DNA from: Octopus sinensis
Taxonomy: Eukaryota
Assembly: GCF_006345805.1 (NCBI RefSeq)
Contig: NC_043003.1
Span: 108,128,001 to 108,192,000, forward strand
DNA: 64,000 nt
Reading direction: 5' to 3'
How positions within the stretch are numbered: position 1 is the stretch's first letter; the number at the start of each line of letters is the position of its first letter. This document shows, piece after piece, positions 1 through 11,770 of this stretch. Below the pieces are notes generated by a model that saw only the letters and a list, made by a program, of their open reading frames with translations, searched no databases and was not told where the DNA came from. The translations under genes were made by a program, and so were the position numbers.

Positions 1-1140
1 CATACATGTGGCTAATAACATCATGAGACTTCGAAAGCAGCGCTTTGAGCAGTATTCCTTGTCTGATAACCTTAAACATATCCGTAAAAAGTCGCACGAC
101 TTTACCGCAACGTATCATCAGATGAAAGGATGAGCGTATATCATCTATATCAGCAGAAGATCATGCTTGGATGTTAAAAGAGAGTTCCTGGTTGATAGTA
201 ACATTTATCATCAAAACAGTCTAACATACATCAACAATCTGATTACTTACTCTCATTTCGAAGGGTATGCGTTTGCAATCCAGGAACATGAAATATCAAC
301 CAAATATCTGCACAAAAGGGACAGAGACGCAGGAAAAACAGCAGAATGGGATAACAGATGCAGACTTTGTGGAGTTAACGCCAAAGACATCATCAACATC
401 ATAAGCAGTTGTCCGAAAATGTCATTATAGTACATCTACAAATGAGACGTGGTGTTGTATCTAAGACACTGCATAATGAGATCCGACGGAAGGATAACCC
501 TGAAGCCAAAGAAATAAGAACCCACAGAATAGTAGAAACCATAGCCCTCTCATAATAACAAGGAGTACTGGTGTAATGTCCCATTGAAAACCTCAATGAA
601 ATGTAAACATAATACCTCTGACTTTGTAATTTGAGATAGAGAAGAGAAAGTGTGTAGACTTGTGGAAATCAGCGGATGTTAACGTGGAGCAGAACATCAC
701 GAAAAAGAAAACACATACGCTGAACTATTTAGAAATTTACAGTTACTCTACCCACATTACAAGTTAAGGTTTATACCTGTAATTACTGGGGCTCTGGAAT
801 ATATCATACACTGCTTAAGTAGTTATCTTGAGAAATTTGGCTTCTCAAAATCAGAAAGGAGAAAGCTGATTCGAAGGCTACAAGTCCAATTCATCATCGA
901 AACTGTAAAGATCTGTAAAACTTTCCAGAAAATTATTATTTAAGTATATTTGCGCATGACTAACATATGCAACAATATGCATGAGAATACATAAAAGAAA
1001 ACATGCAATGACTTCAAATACTGCACATATATATTACATGAAAAATGCCCTGGTGATGGTGTTGAAATTGCAATAACCTGGATTTAGGTTAGAAACTGGC
1101 TCTTTATTGGCAAGAAATCGTGAAATAAAACTGAATAATG
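1..1140 (+). mobile_element. R4/Dong-like (restriction-like endonuclease) non-LTR retrotransposon, degenerate 3' portion
   Basis: Zinc-knuckle remnant CRLCGVNAKDIINIISSCPK (ORF 167-430). Frameshifted downstream frames give an RLE-type region (DFVIWDREEKVCRLVEIS...KENTYAEL...FIPVITGAL...ETVKICKTF) ending at TAA 941-943. A 3' UTR then runs into (ACAT)n at 1141. Confidence 0.8.
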
Positions 1141-1515
1141 ACATACATACACACATACACATACATACATGTATACAATATATATGACGTGATTCTTTCA
1201 GTTTCCGTCAACCAAATCTACGTGCCTAGGAAGCAAGAGTTTTTATTTCATTAAATTGGCCACAAAGGCCGTACAAAGATGGAAACGAACAAGGACAGAC
1301 AGAAAAAAGGAGAAGAAGCTGCTTTCATTAAAAGTTAATGTCCGAATGAATGATGATAGCAGAAAATGACATAATGCAATTAAAAATATAATAGAATATT
1401 ATTAAAATAGAAATAACATATTTCTAAATATCTCAGAGAGATTTATGCAGTAGTGGTCCGATAAAGTAGTTGTATACTGTCAACTTAATGTGACAGTCAC
1501 ATGAATGGAATCATA

Positions 1516-1786
1516 CTGCTGCTATTTAGCCCTAGGAAGTAGCAACGCTTCCTGTTGGCCTTGATACACTTCCTGTCTCCTTATTTTTGCAAGAGATAAG
1601 CACCTCTACCCAGCTAAGCCTGAATCCAGAGACTAGTTTCTGGGTCTTTGCTCGTCATGATGACTAGTCTCTGGGTACAGGCTTAGCTGGGTGGACGTGC
1701 TTATCTCCCCCTTGCAAGCATAAGGGCAGAGGAAATGTGTCAAGGCCGACAGGATGCGTTGCTGCTTTCTAGGGCTAAAAAGCAGT
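1516..1786. repeat. ~270-bp foldback (MITE-like inverted repeat)
   Basis: Arms ~1519-1637 and ~1663-1785 are reverse complements with scattered mismatches and a 4-nt bulge; the loop is 25 nt. Confidence 0.9.
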
Positions 1787-1929
1787 AGAATGTTATTATT
1801 ATTGCAATATGCAATAATTCACGCCAAAAGGAAAAGCATCCAGCCATCTGAGTAGAACCTTCACTTATTACCACATTAGTACATAAATAAAATGTATAGA
1901 CATCTACAAACGTACTTACATATGCAAAT

Positions 1930-2165
1930 ACATATGCGCGCGCACACACACAAACACGCGCACGCACACACACAAAGAAACTCACGCATACACATATTTA
2001 TATCTATGACTATATTTATATCTTTATCTATAGAAATATAGATAGATAGATATTGTATATATACATATGTATGTATGTATGCATATATGTATGTGTGTGT
2101 GCAGATGTGTGCGTGTGTGTGCGTGAGTGTGTGTGCGTGTGTATGCATGTGTGTGTGTGTGTGTG
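1930..2165. repeat. compound CA/TA/GATA/TG microsatellite
   Basis: Directly visible simple repeats. Confidence 0.95.
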
Positions 2166-2604
2166 TACAAATATAAAGCGAATGTACACGAAGAACGATC
2201 ATTGCTAGAAATAGCAGCCGGTAAGTTTTCGGCGCTATGTAGAGCTTCAATATATGTTTACAGGCAGAGATATTTGCGGGCGGTGAATATAAGAAAATTC
2301 TATCTTACCTCTACAGAGACCGTTAGAGGAATGAAGGATAATTTAATGCCGCAGTTTCTAACTTTTCGGATCATGTGCGTAGGAGCGAATCCAATTGGTC
2401 TTCTTCAGTCGAATCCACCGTTAACGACAAAATTTTAAAATATTCTCCACATTTCTGCCTGTTTATTCGGCTGAAAGCCGCAGTCAATTTCGAACCAACA
2501 TCAGTGAAAAGATATGCAAGAGATATAAATATTATTAAAAATAATATTACTATCCAGCTTGAATAAAGCAGTATCCTCCGATATGAAACAATAAAAACAA
2601 CAAT

Positions 2605-2633
2605 ATACATATAGACATATATATATTATATAT

Positions 2634-2684
<51 letters not shown>

Positions 2685-3161
2685 ATTTTCTTTGCTTCAT
2701 ATTCGCTATTTTCTAGAGTCTTCGCAGACCAACTCTTTATTCAGCTGGAAGTTAGCCACCTATTATGATATGCATCACTGCATTTTCGAAATTGTGGAGG
2801 CAGTGAATTCACCTCAGAAATCGCAACATAAAGAAGGAGTGGAAAGCAACACGGGTCTAGTAATACTTATATGAACACTTACACTGATACACAGGTAACA
2901 CACACTCACACACACACACACAACACACACTTACATATATTTACACACGGTCGTACATATATACACATATATATATATATGAATATATATATATATGTAT
3001 GTATACTTACGTATATCCACATACATATAAATGTGTGTGTGAGTTGAGATATAAATATACATATGTGTGTGTATAGTATACATATCTGCATTTCTCTCTT
3101 TCTTTCTCTCTCTCTCTCTCCCTTTCTTTCTTTCTCTCTCTCTCTCTCTCTCTCTCTCCTG

Positions 3162-3197
<36 letters not shown>

Positions 3198-3475
3198 AAA
3201 TAGTAAAAAGTGCAAAAACTACAGAAGGCTTAAAGGTTAAAAAATATATATTTGAGTCAATGCAACCAACTTTCTTATATATATATATATATATACATAA
3301 TACATACATACATACATAACATATCTATATATATATATTATACATGTATGTATGTATGTATGTATGTATGTATGTATGTATGTATGTATGTATTATGTAA
3401 TGTATATATATATATATATATATAGTATATATTATATATATTATATATATACATATAATATATTATACACATATG

Positions 3476-3513
<38 letters not shown>

Positions 3514-3665
3514 TATCTATATGTATATAATATATATATATATATATATGTACCTGTATGTACATATACATGAACATATGTAATCACACATACATACACA
3601 CGTATACCCGCGTGTACACATGCTCGTACACACCCACACTCACATACACACACCAACACACACAT
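2605..3665. repeat. cluster of TA, CA, CT/GA and ATGT microsatellites
   Basis: Directly visible simple repeats interrupted by short unique stretches. Confidence 0.9.
3195..3262 (-). mobile_element. solo terminal fragment of the Penelope pseudo-LTR
   Basis: agaaaatagtaaaaagtgcaaaaactacagaaggcttaaaggttaaaaaatatatatttg matches the element ends at 14489 and 46876. Confidence 0.85.
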
Positions 3666-4743
3666 AATCATATCTATGAATTACAAAACATTGGCGAACC
3701 ATGGTGAGTATGAATGAATCTTGACTTACAAATGATAAATATGAGGGAACAATCTGAAGAAATATACTTGCAGAAATAAGATATATGGAAGTATGGCTGT
3801 ATGAAGTATGGCAGTAACTAAGATTGTAAGATAATATAGAAGGAAGACGGGGGGGGGGGGAAATAAGTTGAATAAGATAGCAGGAGAGAAGACAGAATAA
3901 TAATGTCAGGAAATAGAAATTGGTAAAGGAAATGAGAACAGTGCAGAAAAGGGAAAAATTAGTTTTGTAAGATGAAAAATGAAAATATTGATAGGTGCCA
4001 CCATTGCAAATGATTGCATGGAAGTGTAGAGTATTGTAGGCTTTGTGTGTCGAGACGCTAGTGTATACTTCAATATATATATATATGCATACTCACATAC
4101 ACACACACGCACACATATATATATATATATATTTACATATACATATATACATATAAGTGTGTGTGTGTGTGTGAAGAGAGATACATACATACACACACAC
4201 ACATACATATGTATATATATATATATATAATAAATATCTGTGTAAGAAAAAGTTTTAGTAATTTTTACTACCAGTTGCCTAGCATGTATAAAACTAGTCA
4301 ATGGACTATATATTATTCATGTAAATACAGTGTACATTTAAACACATGAGATGTGACCATGATACGATACTTAGCATGCTAGAACGAGTAGCCAAAATTC
4401 AAACCACTATTAGAGACAAAATTTCGAAGGGAATGAAACATAAAAACATTTACCATCTAACTCCTCGTGGACCATGGTTTCAAGCTCTAAATAGCAAATA
4501 TAATACACACATACACACAAACACATATATAGACACAATATGATATAATATATATTATATATATATATATATGCATGTATATATATATATATATAGTATA
4601 TATATATATATTATATAATATATATATATACAATTATACATATATATAATATGTTGCATGTGTATATATACATATATATATATGCAACTATATATATATG
4701 CACTATATATATATGCAACTATATATATACGTACATATATATC

Positions 4744-5083
4744 TGGTGAAAGTGTGTGATAAGAAGCTTGTTCCCTAACCACATGGTTCCAGGTACAATC
4801 CTACTTCGTGGCATCTTGAGCGAGTATCTTCTACTAGAGCCTCGGGCTGACTAAAGCCTTCGGAGTGGATTTGGTGGACAGAAACTGATAGAACCCTGTC
4901 ATATGTATATATATATGTGTGTGTGTGTGCGCGCGCGCTCGTGTGTGTGTGTGGCTGTGTTTTGTGTTTGTCCCTTGGTGTGTTCAAGTATCAGGCTTAA
5001 AAATTAAAGTCGTTTTATTTCACTAAAAATTCTTCAAAGTGGTGCCCCAGCATGGCAGCGATCCGATGACTGAAAGAGTAAAA
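4744..5083 (+). mobile_element. tRNA-derived SINE, family A, internally deleted
   Basis: Head ...aaccacatggttccagg..., body gtggatttggtggacagaaactga, tail ccagcatggc...tgactgaaa; homologous to the copies at 5923, 22125, 50829 and 52575. Confidence 0.85.
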
Positions 5084-5474
5084 AATATATACTGGAAGAA
5101 AAAGATATAGATAGATACAGATATGTACGGGTGCACATACATCATACAGCAAAATTGTTGAAGACGCAGATAGTTAGAACCTCTCTATGTTTCTCTTATC
5201 GTGTTAGTTCTATTGTATTTGGCTATAGAAATCAAATCAATTTATTTAGTATTTATTAATTCAGGAAACCATCTGAGGATATTTGTGTGTGTGCAACCGG
5301 AGCTGGCTTTGTGCTTAATAGGTTAGTTTCAAAATCACGTGGTTCTGGGTCTGCATTTACGTCTAAAGTTTAGAAACCATTGTTGTTTACGTCTCCGTCC
5401 TCTTATCTCGTGTAACATTAGCGGTTCGATGAATGGTGTCGATCCAATATATGTAAACGAATAAAAGATATCAT

Positions 5475-5484
5475 TATATATACA

Positions 5485-5528
<44 letters not shown>

Positions 5529-5633
5529 TATATATATATATATATAATATGATATATATTTCATATATATACATATATATATATATATAATAATATATAC
5601 ATATATATATATGTCTATATATATGTATATATA

Positions 5634-5686
<53 letters not shown>

Positions 5687-5836
5687 CCCTGCGTGGCATC
5701 TTGGGCAAGTATTATATATATGTATATATATATATTTTATATATAATATATACCCTGCGTGGCATCTTGGGCAAGTATATATATATGTATATATATATAC
5801 CCTGCGTGGCATCTTGGGCAAGTATATATATATGTA

Positions 5837-5891
<55 letters not shown>

Positions 5892-5922
5892 TATATATAT
5901 ATATATATAATCTATATATATA
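5475..5922. repeat. (TA)n tract containing repeated copies of a 24-bp SINE fragment
   Basis: CCCTGCGTGGCATCTTGGGCAAGT occurs at 5687, 5753 and 5800 (and at 5923, where it starts the SINE), separated by TA runs. Confidence 0.9.
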
Positions 5923-6276
5923 CCCTGCGTGGCATCTTGGGCAAGTGTCTTTTGCTATAGCCCCGGCCGACTAATGCCTTGTGAGTGCATTTGGGAGACG
6001 GAAACTGAAAGAAGCCTGTCGTATATATGTATATATATATATAAGTGTGTGTGTTGTATATGTTTGTGTGTCTGTGTTTGTTCCCCTAGCATTGCTTGAC
6101 AACCGATGCTGGTGTGTTTACGTCCCCGTCACTTAGCGGTTCTGCAAAAGAGGCCGATAGAATAAATACTGGGCTTACAAAGAATAAGTCCCGGGGTCGA
6201 TTTGCTCGACTAAAGGCGGTGCTCCAGCATGGCCGCAGTCAAATGACTGAAACAAGTAAAAGAGTAAAATAGTAAA
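5923..6276 (+). mobile_element. SINE family A, 5'-truncated
   Basis: Lacks the tRNA-like head but has the full body and the tail ggcggtgctccagcatggccgcagtcaaatgactgaaacaagtaaaagag. Confidence 0.9.
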
Positions 6277-6289
6277 TATATATAACACT

Positions 6290-7035
6290 GAAAATAACAC
6301 CGACATCTCATTTTAACAGATATATTTACCAAAGTTGCATAAAAATATCTTGAAATACTAAAGAATAAATTTATTCAATAAAATCACCATTGGCTTCAGT
6401 CACAGCCTCCAGAAGACTTTGGAATCTCTTGCAACTCTTCTGGACAGTCTTCTTATTTAAGTTGGTGAATGCTACCATAATCCTTGCCTTCGGTTCATCT
6501 TTGGTGTTACAAGGAATTTTGTTGGTCTCTCGCTCAACTGCGCCCCACACATTATAATCAAGACGGTTGCTGTCTGTGGGGTTAGGTGGCCAGATGTTAG
6601 GGTTGATTGATCGCAAAATTGTCTTGACAGCTATGACTGGGTTCTCTTTGATTGTGTGGCATGGCTCAGAGTCCTGTTGCCAGACGTAGGGTCTTCCAGT
6701 AGCCACCATCTTGATCCACTACCTCCTCTAGGCACTTAATGTAAGCCTCCGTGTTAGGTGTGAGGCCTTATCGGAAGATGAATGGAGGCATAACGTCGCC
6801 ATCACTAACGATCGCTCCCAAAACCATGATGTTGACTGGATGTTTGATTATTATCACTCTCAGTACATGTCCTCACAGTGCACTGTCTTCAGATTGACAA
6901 CCAAACACTCTGAAATGTTCGTAGTGGAGCTTCCGGTGCGAATGCCAAGCTGTACAGAATGTCGTTTCCAATTTCTGAGAGCGAATTGCGTCAAGGAGCT
7001 GTTTTTCTCACGAGCAGAGCCCAACTGACCCTACT
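6290..7035 (-). mobile_element. Tc1/mariner DD37D (maT-type) transposon remnant, internally deleted
   Basis: ORF 6371-6709 has QQD...WPPNPTDSNRLDYNVWG with 37 residues between the second and third Asp (counted). KHPVNIMVLGAIVSDGDVMPPFIF lies upstream, and an N-terminal HTH-like piece (LGIRTGSSTTNISECLVVNLKTVH) is joined directly to it. Confidence 0.8.
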
Positions 7036-7592
7036 ATACTATATATGTGTGTGTATGTGTATATGTGTGTGTGTGTTATATGTGACTGAGAGTGCCTAGG
7101 TACCTATATTGCAAGAAATAAGTGTTAAAAGCTTTTAATGGTGCAAGAAGTGCGAAATATATATACACTGACAGGGGAGGTAACCGCCCCATGAGTGTCT
7201 CTAGGATCACTGGATTAGATTAGTTTCGCCTATCAGTCGCAGGATCGTCAGTACTGACTACTCAGACGCTCGATGGCTTGGCTAAATCTGGTTGTCAGCA
7301 TATACATTTTTAACATAAAAGATTTAGCGAAATGCTAATGCGTATAATAAAAATTAATATAAACTGCTTGGTGCGATATAATGTCATAAAATAAAAATTC
7401 TATCGCCAATAATTGTAACTGAGAGTTCCAAAGCATGTATATTGCAAGAAATAAGAGTATTGGAATCCAGAAGACCCAAGGTGGAAGGTAATGCTATGAA
7501 GGTGCTATGGAAGGACCGTAGTTAAACTTTCGCTTCGATAATGATACGAGTGAGAAGTCTAATGCGAGTATTGTATGAACATGTATATGTCG

Positions 7593-8023
7593 AATAAAAT
7601 GAGACAACAAAGCCAAGGCTGTGTGGAATTTTCAGAACATTTACAAAGAGCAAAGTAGTCTTACAGCTGTTTCTGGGATATCAGGTTATATCTCTTCATC
7701 AGGGACTATGAGAGGTAATTAAATAGAGGGAAATATTAGAGTTATTTTGGAAAAAGGAAGCAAATAAGGAGTCTAACTAATCAAATTATAAATTGTAAGA
7801 AATTAAAGTCTATGGGAATGAATTCTGTCGAAGTTTCCCTATAGACTCCTTATTTGCTTCCTTTTCCAAAATAACTCTAATATTTCCCTCTATTTAATTA
7901 CCTCCCATCGTCCCTGATCAAGGGATATAATCTAATATCCCAGAAACAGCTGTAAGACTAACTTTCTCTTTATAAATATTCTGAAAATTCCACACAGCCT
8001 TGGCTTTGTTGTCTCATTTTATT
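7593..8023. repeat. ~430-bp foldback carrying a hammerhead-like motif in each arm (probable Penelope pLTR derivative)
   Basis: 7593-7775 is the reverse complement of 7842-8023 with few mismatches; the spacer is 66 bp; there is no ORF. Confidence 0.85.
7656..7708 (-). ncRNA. minimal type I hammerhead ribozyme-like motif
   Basis: Minus strand reads tagtc-c-CTGATGA-a-gagatat-aacctg-atatccc-a-GAAAC-agct-GTA-a-gacta. It has both core boxes, stems I and II, and a palindromic stem III (ACAGCTGT). The A/A flanking stem II is non-canonical. Confidence 0.55.
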
Positions 8024-8034
8024 TAACGTATGCA

Positions 8035-8103
8035 TGCATAATATATATATATATATATATATATTATAATTATATATATATTATATGTATATATATATAT
8101 ATG

Positions 8104-8134
<31 letters not shown>

Positions 8135-8185
8135 TGTATGTATGTATGTATGTATGTATGTATGTATTATATATATAATAATTAT
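8035..8185. repeat. TA / ATGT microsatellite
   Basis: Directly visible. Confidence 0.95.
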
Positions 8186-8815
8186 TGATGCTATTATACA
8201 AAAGTGTCGTGAGTCCAAAACGCTGCTTTTTCAGAAAAAGAAAAAGTAGTTTCACCACTCCATAGCAAAACCGTTGTAATAGACTTTGACAATTTCTGAT
8301 ATCTTGGCATCTGAAGCAGTTGGGGATACGATAGTTTGATCAAAAGAACAGGCTCTTGCAAGCAAAAATGAATATTGAAAAAAAAAAACGCATTTGGCCG
8401 ACAGTTTAACATAATGGCAACGATATATATATACATATATAAGCATACGCGCTGCAGATAGCATAAACATATAAGTATATACGTAATTAGTAATTGTGTA
8501 TACATATTCTGTCTATAAAAGAATGAGCAATTTTAACTTATCACAATTTCAGTATGGCTTGTTCAAGTAGTCATGCTGTACTAATTTCCATGTGGCTGTT
8601 TGAAAAACTGTTTCGAATTACAAGAAATGTAATGGTAAGTAAACTATGAATAGGCTGGTAAAAAATACTTTAACATTAAAAAGATTGTGAGAGAGATGTT
8701 AGAGGAACAGTAAAGATTTTGGAGCTGAAGAGAAAATGACTGGAAGATGTTGGTTTGAAAAGAGTATGAGGACGTATAAAAGAAGAAAGGTTTCAAAAAG
8801 GAGAATAGAAGAAAT

Positions 8816-8915
8816 NNNNNNNNNNNNNNNNNNNNNNNNNNNNNNNNNNNNNNNNNNNNNNNNNNNNNNNNNNNNNNNNNNNNNNNNNNNNNNNNNNNNN
8901 NNNNNNNNNNNNNNN
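8816..8915. other. assembly gap (100 N)
   Basis: Run of 100 N. Confidence 1.
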
Positions 8916-8984
8916 ATATACAGACATACCTCCATATATATATATATATTATATATAATATATAGATTATATATTTTACTTTGA

Positions 8985-11760
8985 TAGGTTTCGGCCATTA
9001 TTGGCCCAGGCCATGTCTAACTTGATAGCACACCTGGTGAAGTCTTTCAAGTCAGAATTTGGCACTATGGCCGACTCAAGTAGAGAGTTATTGTTTACGA
9101 GACATATCCGGTGTATGGGTTTATCCGGGATTTCTGAAGGAATCTGTCCAAAGACTTCTTGAACCCTATAGGGTCGTTTCTGTTTTAATGTGTTTTGGTG
9201 TAATGTTAAAGAGAGTGGGGCCAATTGAGGTGAAATGATTTTGCCGTATTGGTGTTTATGAGATGAGAGTGCGATTTTTGTTTTGGGCGGATGGCACGGG
9301 GCCAAGCCTTGGATGTACCTTAAGGTGATGCAACATCATTGGGCAATGCTGATGAATATTTCCACATCATGCAGATGATGTACGCTCACGGCGACGTTTG
9401 AGAGAATAAAGTTTTAGCTTTTCTAGTCGACCCCAATAGTCGAGGGCCTTCATGCCATCTATCTTTTTTGTGATTGCCCTTTGAGTGCTTCAACTTTTAT
9501 GATACTTTGTTTTGTGTGGGGAGACCACAGTGGACAACAGTATTCAAGGTGGGTCGGGCAAAAGTGGAGAAGAGAAGGATAATGATGTGGATATCTCTCG
9601 ACTGGAAAGTTCTGAGAATCCACCAGGAACAACATTCTGCGGGCCATTCAACTTTGGTGTTTATATGAGTGGCCCAGCTTATTGTTGTCCACAATTACTC
9701 CCAAGTCTCTGATGTTGTTGGATGCCACGAGAGTTTACCTGAAGGAAGGGAGTATGGGAGTTTCAGGGCATCCTCTTTTCCAAGTGGATTAACTCAAATT
9801 ATCCTCGTTCAGCAGCATATTGTTTTTTTTCTGCCCATTGGATAACAGCCAGTAGATCTGACTGAAGCATGTCCGGTCAATCGCCTCATTATGACCTTCT
9901 GTAGCTTGGAATCATCTGCAAATATTTTTATGTTGCTGTGCTTGATGATGTCATTAATGTCATTAATGTAGATGATGAAAAGAAGTGGGCCCAGCACAGT
10001 GCCTTGCGGAACGCCACTACTGACTTTGGCTGGGCTTGATTTTACCCCTTCAACTACAACATGTTGAGATCTGTCTTGTCAGAACACTTGGATCCATTTC
10101 AGTAACTTTCCAGAGACACCAATGTTTGGATGGTTTTTCAATAATATCTTGTATCAACCCTGTCGAAGGCCTTGCTGAAATCAAGGGTAGATGACGTCGG
10201 TTGGGGTTGGGCCCTCCTCCCAAGCTCTCAAAATGTCATCAAAGTGATGCAGAGCTGCGTTAGGCAGTCCCTTCCAGTTCCATACGGAACCCATGTTGGT
10301 TAGGAGATCAGCCGTCTGTTGCTTTCCAGAAATTTGGTTATATCGAGATCTCACCACCCTCTTCAAATACCTTGATGATATAGAGGGGAGTGAGATCGGA
10401 CGGTAGTTCACTGCAAGGGACTTGTTTCCCTTTTTGAAACTGGACACAGACTGGGACAGAAGGTTTTTTGGAATACAGCCAGCATCCAGTGAGTTTTCCT
10501 CTCACAGATTAGCAAGGGAGATGCAAGTTGGTGTCGACACACTTCAGGACACAAGCGGGGAACCTATCGGGCCTACTGCGAATTGTGTTTTATTTCGTTT
10601 ATCGCCGCTAAGACATCAGGAGCACCAAACGTTATGTCCGATATAGTGTGTTGGGGGTTGACATCACTGATACAGCCCAGATCGGCCATATCAGGATTGC
10701 TGAAAACAGAGCAGTATTATTTTCTTCTGCAGTATCTCGGCCATGGATTTGGCATTATCTTGGGAGTGCCATTTTCATTTTCATCAATTAGAGGGCCAAC
10801 AATGGAGACAGTGACCTGTGTTTTCCTCGCAAATGAAAAGAACACTTTGGGTTGAGTTTGATTTTTTCAATGGCCCACTTCTCCTCAGCTGATCTTTGGT
10901 TTGATGAGGGTCTTCATGCATTGTTGGAGGTTATATTTTTTGGATTCAAGCAGTGCGATAGCCGTCGAATGTGTGTGTTGCTGTTGGCAGTACTTTAGTT
11001 TGTTTTTTTTTTGTTTGTTCTTTTATTTTTTCTGATAATAGTTTTTCTGTTTTGGGGGATTCTGCACTTTTGTTCACAGGTCTTGGTGGGGAGTGTTTGC
11101 ACATATGTTTGTGACGGTGTCTACAAAAGATCTGCCAAGATGTTTTATGGTTGGTGGAGATGTGTGTATGTGTAAAGGACCAGTCAACAGTTGATAGCTC
11201 GTTCCTGATTGCATCCGTTGGCTTTATGGAGATCCATGTTGTCAAATGGTGGGCTGGAGGAAGGTCACTAGGATTAGCTTTGGCTGGTGGAATTTCATGT
11301 TACAGAGAACCATGTCATGGTCTGAAAGAAGGGTTTTTTCCACTGTAACGTTTATGTATAGTGTTAGTGTGGTTACTAAACACTAGGTCAAAATGTTCTG
11401 ATGTCTTGTTGGTGCAAGGACAAGTTGGGACAGAAAACTCATTCATAAAGTCGAAGAGTGACTCTGCTGCTTCTTTGTCAGCGGTTGAGGCGGGAGTGCT
11501 TGGTTTCAAAAGTTTGTAGTCCAGTCAACACAGGGTAATTGAAGTCTCCCATCATGAGTAGGTTGCTAGAATGGCACTGTTGAATAAAGCACTTAATGCT
11601 GTTGAGGCATTCTTTAAAGCACAGTATGGGTGTTTGGGGCGGCCTATAGAGCCCAATTACTGTCAGGTCATTGGCTTTGTTGTGCACGGTGACTGATTCA
11701 CAGTAGCCGTTGGAGAATATACTATTTCCATCTGCCGTAAACGAATCATGCAGGATATAT
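8985..11760 (-). mobile_element. CR1/L2-type LINE, 5'-truncated ORF2 (APE endonuclease + reverse transcriptase), many frameshifts
   Basis: Endonuclease: VIGLYRPPQ...LMMGDFNYP and DLVFSNH. RT: NYRPISL, GVPQGTVLGPLLFIIYINDI, KIFADDSKL. C-terminal region: LGVIVDN.LSW..HI, HLEYCCPLWSP, KLYSLxRRRER, FKKSLDRFL. Confidence 0.92.
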
Positions 11761-11770
11761 ATATATATCT

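Noticed and set aside
3849-3860. poly-G run as a G-quadruplex element
   Set aside because: A single isolated homopolymer with no supporting context.
5687-5946. CRISPR-like look (identical 24-bp repeats with spacers)
   Set aside because: The spacers are TA microsatellite of unequal length, the repeat is a SINE fragment, the context is eukaryotic, and there are no cas genes.
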